Assembly (NCBI GenBank): GCA_963724295.1
Contig: CAVRUC010000002.1
Location: 64,001 to 128,000, forward strand
Direction: 5' to 3'
Source: an uncultured Chloroflexia bacterium
GTDB lineage: Bacteria; Chloroflexota; Chloroflexia; Thermomicrobiales; UBA6265
Length of the DNA: 64,000 nt
In this document: in pieces, positions 41,923 to 51,740 of the stretch
Layout: the number at the start of each line of letters is the position of its first letter
Position numbering within the stretch: position 1 is the stretch's first letter
Notes under the pieces: generated by a model
Databases searched by the model: none
What the model saw: the letters and a program-made list of their open reading frames with translations, nothing else
Told to the model about the DNA's origin: nothing
Translations under genes and position numbers: made by a program

Positions 41923-42789
41923 TTAGGTCGAGGCGAGGTCACCGTTGACGCCGTTAGGGAAGAAGCCGCCACTGCTCACACCCGTCTCCGGTGTGAGGTA
42001 GACGATCTGCAGAACCTGCTCGGGCGTTCGCGTAAACGCGATGCCCCGCTCATCTGACGGAACGAAGTTGGCCCGCCCATCAATGGCAATGCCCTGTTCG
42101 ATCTCTGGCATGTCGTTCAGCACGCCCCGAGCGACCGTGATCGCGTTGGCGGCTTGCTGCGCGGTCGGACCCGCCTGATAGAGGAGCGAGCGGGCCATCC
42201 CCATGTGGTAGGCCTCGACGGCGAGGATCCCCGCGATGTCCCCTTGCTTGGTCTTGTCCTGGATGAGCGGCGTGGCTCCCTTGTAGCCCGTGACGCCGAC
42301 ATCCTCGAAGAGCATCCCACCGAGGATAAAGTTGAGCTCGTCGGTGAAGGGATTGAAGTTGTCGCCGAATCCGGCTGCCTGGCCGACGGCAGCGAAAGCG
42401 CCCGCCAGGTCGATCGCCGGGCGGTCGACCGCCTGATCTCCCAGGCTCTCGCGGTAGTACCGGACGTGGGCCAACTCGTTGGCGGCCAACTCCTCGGCAA
42501 ACTGGCGGATGGCGTCGGTGGCGAAGGGCACCAAGGAGCCACCAGTGACCTCGCCCGGATCCGCGCCGATGTCCTCCTCGCTGAGACCCGCGCCGGTGGT
42601 GCCGCGCAGGTAGTACTCCGTCTCGAGGTACTCGAGATTGAGGGCGAAGTTGAAGATCGCGTCGTCGTCGATCTCCTGAGCGGCCACCGGCGTGATACGG
42701 CCGGCGGTCGCCAGCGCCGCACCGGCACCGACGGCCGCTATCCCTTTAAGCGTGCGGCGGCGATCGATCAGCTGAGTCTTGCTGTCCAT
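41923..42789 (-). CDS. Tat-exported ferritin-like domain protein (desiccation-related type)
   Basis: DRRRTLK Tat motif; NFALNLEYLE, ELAHV, FEDVGVTGY and VEAYH. Confidence 0.88.
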   Translation of the reverse strand: MDSKTQLIDRRRTLKGIAAVGAGAALATAGRITPVAAQEIDDDAIFNFALNLEYLETEYYLRGTTGAGLSEEDIGADPGEVTGGSLVPFATDAIRQFAEELAANELAHVRYYRESLGDQAVDRPAIDLAGAFAAVGQAAGFGDNFNPFTDELNFILGGMLFEDVGVTGYKGATPLIQDKTKQGDIAGILAVEAYHMGMARSLLYQAGPTAQQAANAITVARGVLNDMPEIEQGIAIDGRANFVPSDERGIAFTRTPEQVLQIVYLTPETGVSSGGFFPNGVNGDLAST

Positions 42790-42882
42790 TGCGTTTCTCC
42801 GTTATGCTGAGACAAACGTGTGTTGTCATCCATCTCTCACATCGCAAGTGTGGAAACCATCTCCGCGTGCATGTCGGTATCG

Positions 42883-43509
42883 TCATAGCACCTCCGTTTC
42901 GGGGGCTTCCTCCGCCCACCAGATCCAGCGCGAGCCATCAGCATGCTCTGGCCACGGGGGCAGTGAGCCGGCCGCTTCCAGCCTCGCGCGCGCCAGACGG
43001 GTCGCTGTGGCGTACAGATAGTGGTGCAGTAGCTCGACCGGTTCCCCGCGGGCGGGCAGGCTCGTATCAGCGAGTGCGTTCGTCAGCGCCGCGTGCCGCC
43101 GCCGGAAGGCCGCGGCGATGTCGGCTGCCAGGTCCTCGAGGACCGGCTGCAGGGCATCGCGATGAGCGGCGAGTATGACGGGGAAGTTGGGACGGTAGTA
43201 GCGCTCGCTGCCCCGGCTCCGTTGCGGCGCCGCCAGGTCCACCTCTTGGATCAAGTCGTCCTCAAGCATGTCGACCACGTGCCGGTGCACGGCCGGAGCA
43301 GAAATGCCGAGCAGATCGGCCAGTTGCGTGATCGTGCGCGGTTGGCGGTAAATCGCGTTGAGAATCAGCTCTTTCGTACCGTCATTGAGCTTGCGTTGGT
43401 TGACAACGGCCACCCATGGGTCCTCGCCGATGGGGACGGCGGACGCACAGGCACAAGCGAAACGGAGCCGGTAGTCGTCTGCAACGGGGGAGGAGCGCAC
43501 GTCAGTCAT
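42883..43509 (-). CDS. Winged-helix (ArsR-like) transcriptional regulator
   Basis: PRTITQLADLLGISAPAVHRHV...ERYY. Confidence 0.8.
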   Translation of the reverse strand: MTDVRSSPVADDYRLRFACACASAVPIGEDPWVAVVNQRKLNDGTKELILNAIYRQPRTITQLADLLGISAPAVHRHVVDMLEDDLIQEVDLAAPQRSRGSERYYRPNFPVILAAHRDALQPVLEDLAADIAAAFRRRHAALTNALADTSLPARGEPVELLHHYLYATATRLARARLEAAGSLPPWPEHADGSRWIWWAEEAPETEVL

Positions 43510-43567
43510 CTCACAGGGCTCCTGGGGATGCTCGACCGATGAGAATTAGTCCCTGGAGGCATCTGTA

Positions 43568-43583
43568 TTAACACTGATGTTAA
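43568..43583. promoter_or_regulatory. Palindromic operator upstream of the HTH regulator
   Basis: TTAACA-ctga-TGTTAA, an AT-rich palindrome in a GC-rich background. Confidence 0.55.
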
Positions 43584-43668
43584 GCAAGAAGCATGCCAGT
43601 CTCAGGGCGACAAGCTACGCGTCGACGGCTAACGCGGCTTCCGATAATGGGCCAGCGCGTTTCCCTCG

Positions 43669-44457
43669 TTACGCGGCGTCCCACTCCCTCCGGATCAGCG
43701 TGACCGCCTCCCGGATCGCCTCGTCATAGGGACCCTCGACGCGGCACTCGATGGCGAGCGGACCGTCGTAGCCGATCTCCTTCAGGGCGCGGAACCCGGG
43801 ACGGAAATCGAGGTGGCCACGTCCCGGCTGCAAGCGGTTGCTGTCGGCGACGTGGACGTAGACGAGGTGCTGCCGGTTGGCGCGGATGCTGGCCGCGATG
43901 TCGACCTCTTCGATCCCCATGTGGAAGAAGTCCGCCATGACACCGATCCCGGGTCCGACCTCCGCCGCGATCGCCGCTCCCTGCTCCACGCGGTTGACGA
44001 TATAGGCCTCGTAGCGATTCAGCGGCTCGAGAAACAGCGAGACGCCGGCGGTCTGTGCGGCGGGCGCCAGCTCGCGCAGCTGGGCCAGGAGGAGATTGCG
44101 CTCCAGCTCGGCGCCTGTCGCCAGTGGCGCCAGGTCCGGCAACGCCGGGACGCGCCCAAATTGTGGGACGATCAGCACCCCGACCGCGCCAAGCGCGCCC
44201 GCGAGGTCGATGCGCTCGCGGATCGTCTGCCTGGCCGCGTCCCGCTCGGCGGGATCGGCGCTGAGGAGACGGGGGATGCCCTCGATCGCGGAGACCGAGA
44301 TGGGCGAGGCGGCGAACGCCTCCTGGATCTCGGCCGCCGGGAGCAGGAGCGTCCCCGTATGCAGCTCGACGGCATCCAGCCCAACCGACTCGAGCCAGGC
44401 GAGCTTGTCCTGGAGCGTCTCGCGGGGAATCATCCCCTCCCGGATCGAAACCTTCAT
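43669..44457 (-). CDS. Sugar phosphate isomerase/epimerase (xylose isomerase-like TIM barrel)
   Basis: LEPLNRYE, DFFHM, HVADSNRLQPGRGH and AIEC. Confidence 0.9.
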   Translation of the reverse strand: MKVSIREGMIPRETLQDKLAWLESVGLDAVELHTGTLLLPAAEIQEAFAASPISVSAIEGIPRLLSADPAERDAARQTIRERIDLAGALGAVGVLIVPQFGRVPALPDLAPLATGAELERNLLLAQLRELAPAAQTAGVSLFLEPLNRYEAYIVNRVEQGAAIAAEVGPGIGVMADFFHMGIEEVDIAASIRANRQHLVYVHVADSNRLQPGRGHLDFRPGFRALKEIGYDGPLAIECRVEGPYDEAIREAVTLIRREWDAA

Positions 44458-44663
44458 TCCCCGTCGTCCTCCTCCATCGTGTGTCCTAGCACCATCGTTC
44501 CGAACGACCCATGCTAGCAGTCCCCATCCCGCTGCCCGCACAGCTCTTGCGGCGGACGGTGACAGAGCATGTTACGATGCCGGTCCCCGCCGGACCCGGT
44601 ACGCTACGGCTATCCGGCGCAGGAATGACCGTGAAGTCAGGCACACGCAAGGAGGCGGAGAAG

Positions 44664-45991
44664 ATGCCCCGATCTCGTCCCTGGATTGTCGCGCTCTCGG
44701 CGCTGGCGCTGCTGTTGAGCCTGGCCGCCGGGCCGCTCCTCGGCGATGCGCGGGCTCAGGATCAGGTGGAGCTGCGCGTCTGGGACCAGTTCACCAACCC
44801 AGCTGAATCCGACAATGCCGATGCAATCTACGCGGCTTTCACGGAGCAGAACCCGAACATCACCATTACCCGGGAAGCATTCTCTACCGATCAGATGCGG
44901 GACGTGGTAAACACCGCGGTCTCGTCCGGCACCGGCCCCGATCTCATCTTCTATGATGCCGGCCCCGGCTATGCCGGAGTGCTGGCGGACGCCGGTCTGC
45001 TTCTCCCGCTCGACGACTATGCGGCGCAGTACGGCTGGGACGAGCGGATTGCCGCGCCGGCGGCCGAGGCGACGACCTACGACGGCACATTTTATGGGAA
45101 TGCCGCTGCAGACCGACCTGATCGGCATGTACTACAACCAGACCCTGCTCGATCAGGAAGGGATGACCGTTCCCGAGACGCTCGACGAACTCGTCGCCTT
45201 CTGCGGCGAGGCGACTGAGAAGGGCTACATCCCGATTGCCTTCGCCGACAGCCGAGGGGTGGGAGGCGTTCCACCAGTTCTCGATGACGGCCAACCAGAT
45301 GGTCGGCCCGGAGGGGATTCGGGCGCTACTCAATAACGAGGGGAGCTGGGACACCCCGGAGATCGTTGCCGCGATCGAAGCCTTCTTCGTGACGCTGCGC
45401 GATGCCGGATGCTTCCCGGAGGACGCGGTCGCTATCGCCTATGATGACGGCAACTCGCTCTTCTACAACGGCGAGGCGCTGCTGCACACAACCGGGAGTT
45501 GGATGATCGCCGAGATTCGAGGAGCACATGCCGGACACCGAGGTTGGCTTCGTGCCCTTCCCCGAGATTGAAGGCGGGCAGGGTCGCGTCTGGATCTCCG
45601 GCGTCGGGTCGGCCTGGTACATCTCCGCGGCGACGCAACATCCTGACGAGGCCGCGGCCTTCATCGACTATCGTCTATCTCGCAGGAGGCCGTCGAAAAG
45701 TGGGTCGGTGTAATCGCGCTACTTCGTTCCAGTCGAGGCCGATCTGTCCAATATCGAGATCAATCCGCTGACTGCGTCAGTCATCGAGACGCTGCAGAGC
45801 GCCGGTGACGAGGGCGTGCAGTTCGGCTACAACGTCGACGTGCTTGCTCCGCCTGAGTTCAACGACAGTGATGCTCAACGGGTTCCAGGCCATGTTGGTC
45901 GGCGACAAGACCGCTGAGCAGCAGGCGGCCGATCTGGAAGCCGCCTGGGACGAGGGCATGCCGGACAAGCGAGGCGACGCCGTCGTCGTAA
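44664..45991 (+). CDS. Sugar ABC transporter substrate-binding protein (several frameshifts)
   Basis: Signal peptide; GPDL, LLPLDDY, YYNQTLL, VPETLDEL and GDKTAEQ spread over frames. Confidence 0.8.
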
Positions 45992-46068
45992 CGCGATTCC
46001 GGGCGCGGGCGACATGCTCGCCCGCGCCCGATTTCACGAACTCGCGCGGAGATGCGGAGAGTCAAGCA

Positions 46069-47008
46069 ATGACACGGGACGACCGCTCGAGCGCGGGCCG
46101 CTTCCGTTAGCGCCATCCATCTCGCCGGCGACGCCGCTCCTGGCGGCGCTACCGGGCGGGAATTCTCTTCATCCTGCCTGCCCTCATCCTCTATCTCGTC
46201 TTCATGGTCTATCCGTTCTTCCAGTCGATCTACTTCAGTCTCACGAGCTGGAACGGGGTTACAGCGGTCAAGGAGTGGGTCGGACTCGCGAATTACCGCG
46301 AGCTGATCGGTGACGGCCTCTTCTGGCTGTCCCTGAAAAACACCATCATCTGGGTGATCGTCGGCACGATCGCGCCGATCGTCATCGGCATGCTGCTGGC
46401 ACTCCTCCTCTGGCGTCGGCCAAAGGGTTTCACCCTCTTCCGCACCGTCTATTTCATGCCGCAGGTGCTCTCGACAGTGGTCATCGGCATCGTCTGGAGC
46501 TGGATCTACAACCCCATCTTCGGCATCCTCAATGAATCGCTCGATGCCGTCGGGCTGGAGGACCTTTCGCGAGGATGGCTCGGCGATCCGGACGTTGCGC
46601 TCTACGCGGTGCTGGTGGCGGCGATCTGGGCCACGATTGGCTTCGTCTTCGTCATCCTCCTCGCCGGCTTGCAAAACGTCAGCAAGGATCTCCTGGAGGC
46701 GGCAACTATCGACGGGGCGAACGTCTGGCAGCGTTTCTGGAATGTGACCGTGCCCCAGATTGGCGGGTGTCATCAACGTCGTCATCGCGTTCCTGCTCAT
46801 CGGCGGCTTCAGCGTCTTCGACATCGTCTTCGTCATGACCGGCGGCGGTCCCGCCAATGCCACAGACGTGCTCGCCACCTTCACCTATAAGGAAGCGTTC
46901 ACCCAGAACAATGTCGGCTATGCATCGGCCATCGCAGTGGTCATCACCGTGATCTCGCTCATCGCCTCGGTGACGTTCATCCGCCTGCGCGAGCGACAGG
47001 AGGCCTGA
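46069..47008 (+). CDS. Sugar ABC transporter permease (frameshifted)
   Basis: VGLANY, EAATIDGA, MTGGGPANATDV and GYASAIA. Confidence 0.85.
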
Positions 47009-47010
47009 CG

Positions 47011-47903
47011 GTGGCGGTTACCTCGGCAACTGGAAGGTCATTTGCCGGAACCGGGACGGCCTCGCAGCGGCTCAATCTGGGACGTCTCACCGGCCGCGTC
47101 GGCACGTATGCCATCCTGATCGCCTTCCTGGTGATCTTTCTCCTTCCCTTTATCTGGATCTGGTCGTCGGCGTTCAAGACGTCGCAGGAGATTGGCCGCA
47201 ACCCGTTCGCCCTGCCGACCCAGCTGCGCTGGGAGAACCTGGTCGAGGCGTGGACGGTCGGGCATTTCCGCGAGTACATGCTGAACAGTGCCATCTACTG
47301 TGCGGCGATCGTCGCCGGCAGCGTGGCCCTGGCCTGTCTCGCCGGGTACGGTCTCTCCATGCTTCCCCTCCCCGGGCGGGAAAGTGTGCTGGTGCTTTTC
47401 CTGCTCGGGCTGACGGTACCGTTCCAGTCGGTGATGATCCCGATGTACTACCTACTGCGCGACCTCCATATCCTGGAGACCTACTGGGCGTTTATCCTTC
47501 CCGGAATTGCCATTCGGCTGCCGTTCGGCATCTTCCTTATGCGAGGGTTCTTCCGCGGTCTGCCTCCCGAGCTCGGCGACGCGGCGCGAACCGACGGCGC
47601 GAACGAGTGGGGTGTCTTCCGCCAGGTCTTCCTCCCCCTCTCCTGGCCCGGCCTGGCGACGCTGATCGTCTTTCAGTTCATGTGGGCCTGGAACGAGTTC
47701 GCCATGCCGCTCATCTTTGTGCAGCGGGATGAGCTGCGGCCGGTCTCGCTGGGTACGATGTTCTTCTTCGGCCGCTTCACCGCCGACCGGGGCGTTGATC
47801 GCGGCCGGCGTCACGCTTTCGATGATCCCGGTGGTCCTCCTCTACCTGCATCCTGCAGCGCCGCTTCATCGAGGGGATCACGGCGGGCGCGCTGAAGAGC
47901 TAG
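47011..47903 (+). CDS. Carbohydrate ABC transporter permease (frameshifts at the 3' end)
   Basis: SAFKT, ELGDAARTDGA, WNEF and QRRFIEGITAGALK. Confidence 0.85.
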
Positions 47904-47907
47904 CGCG

Positions 47908-48040
47908 GCGAGGGTGTCGGGGTCACGAGGTGTCAGGGTGACAGGGGAACAACTTCCGGACACCCTGACACCACTTGCGTCCGCAGGCGCGAAGCGAGTA
48001 ATCACCCATCACCGTGAGCGCAGCGAACCCTCACCCGCGT
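47908..48040. repeat. Composite octamer palindromic element
   Basis: gggtgtcr units with inverted gacaccct; contains an inverted copy of the 42-bp block at 5966-6007. Confidence 0.85.
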
Positions 48041-48134
48041 TACGCCGCTGCCCCACGAAGTCGAGTTTGACCATCGGCTTTGCTAGAATCGGTTCACGGG
48101 CGCCGAGCTAGACCCCGCCGGGAGTGAGCCAGCA

Positions 48135-48590
48135 GTGCAGGTCAACGCTAAAGTCGACTACGCGCTGCGGGCGCTGGCAGAGCTGGCGGTCGCCGATCCC
48201 GGTCCGATGAAGGCCGAGGCGATCTCGCGAGCCCAGAGCATCCCGCCCAAGTTTCTCGAGAATATCCTGCTGGAGCTAAGGCACGCCGGGATCGTCCTCT
48301 CGCAGCGCGGCGCGGAGGGAGGCTATCGCCTCGGGCTGCCCGCGAACGAGATCACCCTGGCCGACGTCATCCGGGTCGTCGATGGTCCCCTGGCCAATGT
48401 GCGCGGGCTACGGCCGGAACGGCTGGAATACAGCGGACCTGCTACTTCATTGCTCCAGGTCTGGATCGCGCTGCGCGCCAACATGCGAGCGGTGCTGGAG
48501 CGGGTCACCCTGGAGGATCTGGTCACCGGCAATCTGCCCCCCGAGGTCGTCGATCTGACCGAAGCTCCCGACGCCTGGAGTCGGCGTTAG
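48135..48590 (+). CDS. Rrf2 family transcriptional regulator (no Cys residues)
   Basis: KVDYALRALAEL, IPPKFLENIL, SQRGAEGGYRL and ITLADVIRVVDG. Confidence 0.92.
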   Translation: MQVNAKVDYALRALAELAVADPGPMKAEAISRAQSIPPKFLENILLELRHAGIVLSQRGAEGGYRLGLPANEITLADVIRVVDGPLANVRGLRPERLEYSGPATSLLQVWIALRANMRAVLERVTLEDLVTGNLPPEVVDLTEAPDAWSRR

Positions 48591-48761
48591 ACGGCAATGC
48601 GGCGACGGCAGACGGCCAGCCGGCCAGCCAGTGAGTCGGTCAGTCGGTCAGATAGCGGTGAGAGCGGGAGACGGCGAGACGTTCCTGCCGTTGCTGATAC
48701 CCCAGAAGTTCAGGAAGTTCGATAGCGGACCGACAGCCGACAGCCGATAGCCCAATCCCTA

Positions 48762-50426
48762 TCACCCATCGCCCATCACCTTCATCACGCCACCCAACTC
48801 CTCGACGCGGGCCCGGCTCTGGGGACCGGTTTCGATGCACATCATGGCCACGGCGTCGCCTGGCTGGAGATCGCGGAGAGCGATCTCCAGCGCCTCCGGC
48901 TCGTCGGCGGCGACCTCATGCGGTGTGTCGCCACCCGCGGCGACTCCCTCGAGATAGAGCGCGGTCATCTCGTCGACGCTGGCACGGCCACGGAGGTAGC
49001 GCCGGGTCTCTTTCACGATCACGCGGTCGGCCTGCTCCGCCGCGAGGCGACCGAGGTCGCGTAGCGCTTCGTCGGTGCGATCGCCTGCCGTGCCGATGAT
49101 CGCCGTCAGCCGCCCGTCTTCCTCTTTGTAGCCGCGCGCCATCGCCAGCAGGTGGCGCAGCCCCACTTCGTTGTGCGCGTAGTCGAGGATGACGGTTGCC
49201 CCATCGAGGTCGTAGACGTGGAGCCGGCCGGGGTTGTCCTCTGCCGTGGCGCCGAAGGTCCGCAACCCTTGCCCGATCGCCTCACGGTCGAGTTCGAGCG
49301 CCAGCGTCGCGGCGGCGGCGCAGAGCGCGTTTTCGATCATGTGCGTCGCGGTCCCGCCGAAGGTGAGCGGCACCTCCTCCAGGCGGGCAAGCTCGTGTGC
49401 ATCCTCCCCCCGTATCTCCAGCATCGTGCCATCTGCCGCGACGACGGCGCGGCCGCCGGCGTGGCGGTGCGCGACGACCGTCGGGTTCTCGGCATCCTGC
49501 GTGACCCAGATGATCGGCGCGTGTAGACCGACGGACTGGGCCCGCACCAATGGATCGTCGGCGTTCAGCACCACCCAGCCATCTGGCCGGGTAGTGCGCA
49601 GGACGACGCTCTTGACCTCCGCCAGTCCCTCCACCGTCTGCACGCCGTGCAATCCCAGGTGGTCGGCGCTGACGTTGATCATCACGCTGACGTCGTTGCT
49701 CTCGCAGGCCATCCCCCGCAGAAGGATGCCGCCCCGCGCTGTCTCCAGCACGGCGACGTCGAGGCCTGGTTCCCGCAGCACGCGCCAGGCGCCCGCCGGC
49801 CCCGTGTAGTCCCCTTCGAGCACCATCTCGCCCTCGATGAAGACCCCGACCGTCGAGGTCCAGCCGACCTTCCGCCCCACACCGCGCAGGATGTGGGCGA
49901 TCAGCCGCGTGGTGGTCGTCTTGCCGTTCGTCCCAGTAACGGCGATGACGGGAATGGCGCGATCCTCGTCGCGGATCATGCCGGGTCGATCGTCCGGATC
50001 GTCGCCTATGGACTCGACTTGCAGGAGGTCGCGCAGTTGCTCGATGCTCGTGGCCAGATCGATGTCTTCGCCGGTCGCCGCATCCGCCAGGAGCCGCGCC
50101 AGTCCAAGAGCGAAGCGGCGCCGTTCCCAACCGAATGCCAGTGACCAGTGCCCCGGCGTCTCCATCTCCACCCAGCGCATCTCCGGGAACTCGACCCCAG
50201 CCCGCTCGTGCAGGCTCGCGCAGGCGGCAAGGAGCAGCTCGCCCAGCCCAGCTGCACCCGCGGCGCGCTCGTCGTCAGAGGGAGCAAGAGGTTCCATGCG
50301 GGTGGCCAGGGCAGCGATCGCATCACGAGAGCGATCTGCCTCCGTGACCTCCAGCTCGAGCTTGATCGCCGGTTGCAGGAGAAAGAAGTTGGGACCGTCC
50401 AGATCCCGGATCTCGACGAGTCGCAT
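48762..50426 (-). CDS. CphA-like protein: N-domain-like region plus Mur-ligase domain, no ATP-grasp
   Basis: EIRDLDGPN start; VTGTNGKTTTTRLIAHI, GDYTGP, LETARGGILLRG, SADHLG, PGR, DYAHN and GDRTD. Confidence 0.85.
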   Translation of the reverse strand: MRLVEIRDLDGPNFFLLQPAIKLELEVTEADRSRDAIAALATRMEPLAPSDDERAAGAAGLGELLLAACASLHERAGVEFPEMRWVEMETPGHWSLAFGWERRRFALGLARLLADAATGEDIDLATSIEQLRDLLQVESIGDDPDDRPGMIRDEDRAIPVIAVTGTNGKTTTTRLIAHILRGVGRKVGWTSTVGVFIEGEMVLEGDYTGPAGAWRVLREPGLDVAVLETARGGILLRGMACESNDVSVMINVSADHLGLHGVQTVEGLAEVKSVVLRTTRPDGWVVLNADDPLVRAQSVGLHAPIIWVTQDAENPTVVAHRHAGGRAVVAADGTMLEIRGEDAHELARLEEVPLTFGGTATHMIENALCAAAATLALELDREAIGQGLRTFGATAEDNPGRLHVYDLDGATVILDYAHNEVGLRHLLAMARGYKEEDGRLTAIIGTAGDRTDEALRDLGRLAAEQADRVIVKETRRYLRGRASVDEMTALYLEGVAAGGDTPHEVAADEPEALEIALRDLQPGDAVAMMCIETGPQSRARVEELGGVMKVMGDG

Positions 50427-50464
50427 CGCTGTCGCCGTCCCTCTCGTGCCTCGCGGAGTCAGCG

Positions 50465-51406
50465 TTATGACATGGTCCAGAGCGCGAGCACCTGCAACGC
50501 GTTGAAGAGCGCGTGGGTGATCATCGCCGCCGTCGTGTTCACATGCTTGCGGAGTAGCCCCAGAATGACGCTGACTCCGAACAGGCCAAGCAGTGCAAGA
50601 TTGAAACCATATTGCGGTCCATGCAGGGTCATGAACAAGAGCGAGGGGATGATGATGCCGAATCGTGGTTGCAGGCCCCCGCGGAAGAAGGCCTCTTCGC
50701 CGATTCCCGCGGATGCCACTGCGATCACGGCGACCGGCCCTGGCAACCCGGTGATAATCTCCTCGACGACCTCGTTGAGCTCCTCGCTCAATCCCGGGTC
50801 GAACTGCTGTGAGACCAGGCCGCTGACGAACAACACGGCGAAGCAGACGAAGGTTGCCGCGATGGCGATGCCAACCGTGCGCGAATCCGGGGCCACAATG
50901 CCGAGCCGTTCCGTGGCGCCGCGCAAGTCGCGCCAGTACGGGTAACCGACCGCGATGTAGGAGATAGCGACGAACGCGGCAGTCTGTATGAGCGCCTCGG
51001 CGATACCGACGGTTGGGATCACCTCCGGCGGATTGTCGGCCATGGGAGCCAGACTGCTGCCAATGAAGAAGCCAAGCAAGCCGAGCACCATACAGAGCCC
51101 GGTCATGTCGATGGCGGAATCGGGGTCCAGCGGCGTGACCCGCGCCAGCGCCTGGCGGAATGGTCGCAGCAGGGGGAGGCCGAACCCGAGTCCGACCAGC
51201 AGCAGCAGCGGGCCGAGAACGCGATCGCCCTGGAGGAGGACAGCCGCGCCCGCGAGGAGCAGCAGCACCGCGGGGATGCCGAAGAGGAGATAGAGCCCGA
51301 CCAGGGCGGAACGATCCGTCTGCGCCCGGTACGCCCAGTAGGCGAGACCAAGCGCGCCCAGCAGCGCGGTCGCGGTCGCGATCAGGAGCTGGACCCAGTC
51401 GGTCAC
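50465..51406 (-). CDS. CPBP (Abi/CAAX) intramembrane metalloprotease; frame stays open upstream to 51691
   Basis: GIGEEAFFRG, FMTLH and THALFN motifs. Confidence 0.88.
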   Translation of the reverse strand: MTDWVQLLIATATALLGALGLAYWAYRAQTDRSALVGLYLLFGIPAVLLLLAGAAVLLQGDRVLGPLLLLVGLGFGLPLLRPFRQALARVTPLDPDSAIDMTGLCMVLGLLGFFIGSSLAPMADNPPEVIPTVGIAEALIQTAAFVAISYIAVGYPYWRDLRGATERLGIVAPDSRTVGIAIAATFVCFAVLFVSGLVSQQFDPGLSEELNEVVEEIITGLPGPVAVIAVASAGIGEEAFFRGGLQPRFGIIIPSLLFMTLHGPQYGFNLALLGLFGVSVILGLLRKHVNTTAAMITHALFNALQVLALWTMS

Positions 51407-51497
51407 GGGTTCCCCTACCAGAGCAGAGACGAGGTGGGATCCCACCGCGGCGTCTCGCGGCGCACCCCGGCCGCGGCGTTCCGGGAGTATACGGGAC

Positions 51498-51672
51498 GAA
51501 GGGGGAGTCGCCTGCGGCTCAGGGGGTGCCGGCGGCTGCGCCGCCTCAGGGGGAGAAGGGGGTCGCTTCGCTCGAGAGGGAGAGGAGAGGACGAGGATTC
51601 TTCTCGACTCCTCGACTGCTCGCCTTCTCGACTGCGCTCTGTCTTGCCGTCTTGCCGTCTTGCCGTCTTGCG
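51498..51672. repeat. Composite element: CAGGGGG units plus TCTCGACT and TTGCCGTC octamer arrays
   Basis: ctcagggggtgccgg matches 183-197; three tandem cttgccgt units. Confidence 0.8.
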
Positions 51673-51740
51673 GACCAGTGTAGACTGCCATGCCATACCG
51701 TCCGCTTCAGCCGCGACGCGCGGCGCCAGACAGTGACAGG

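Noticed and set aside
9476..47903. Frameshifts in ggt, fmt-like, DJ-1, chrA, cysA, cphA, cupredoxin and sugar ABC genes as programmed frameshifting or mass pseudogenisation
   Set aside because: Single-base indels, often in homopolymers, in otherwise well-conserved genes; most simply explained by long-read consensus errors.
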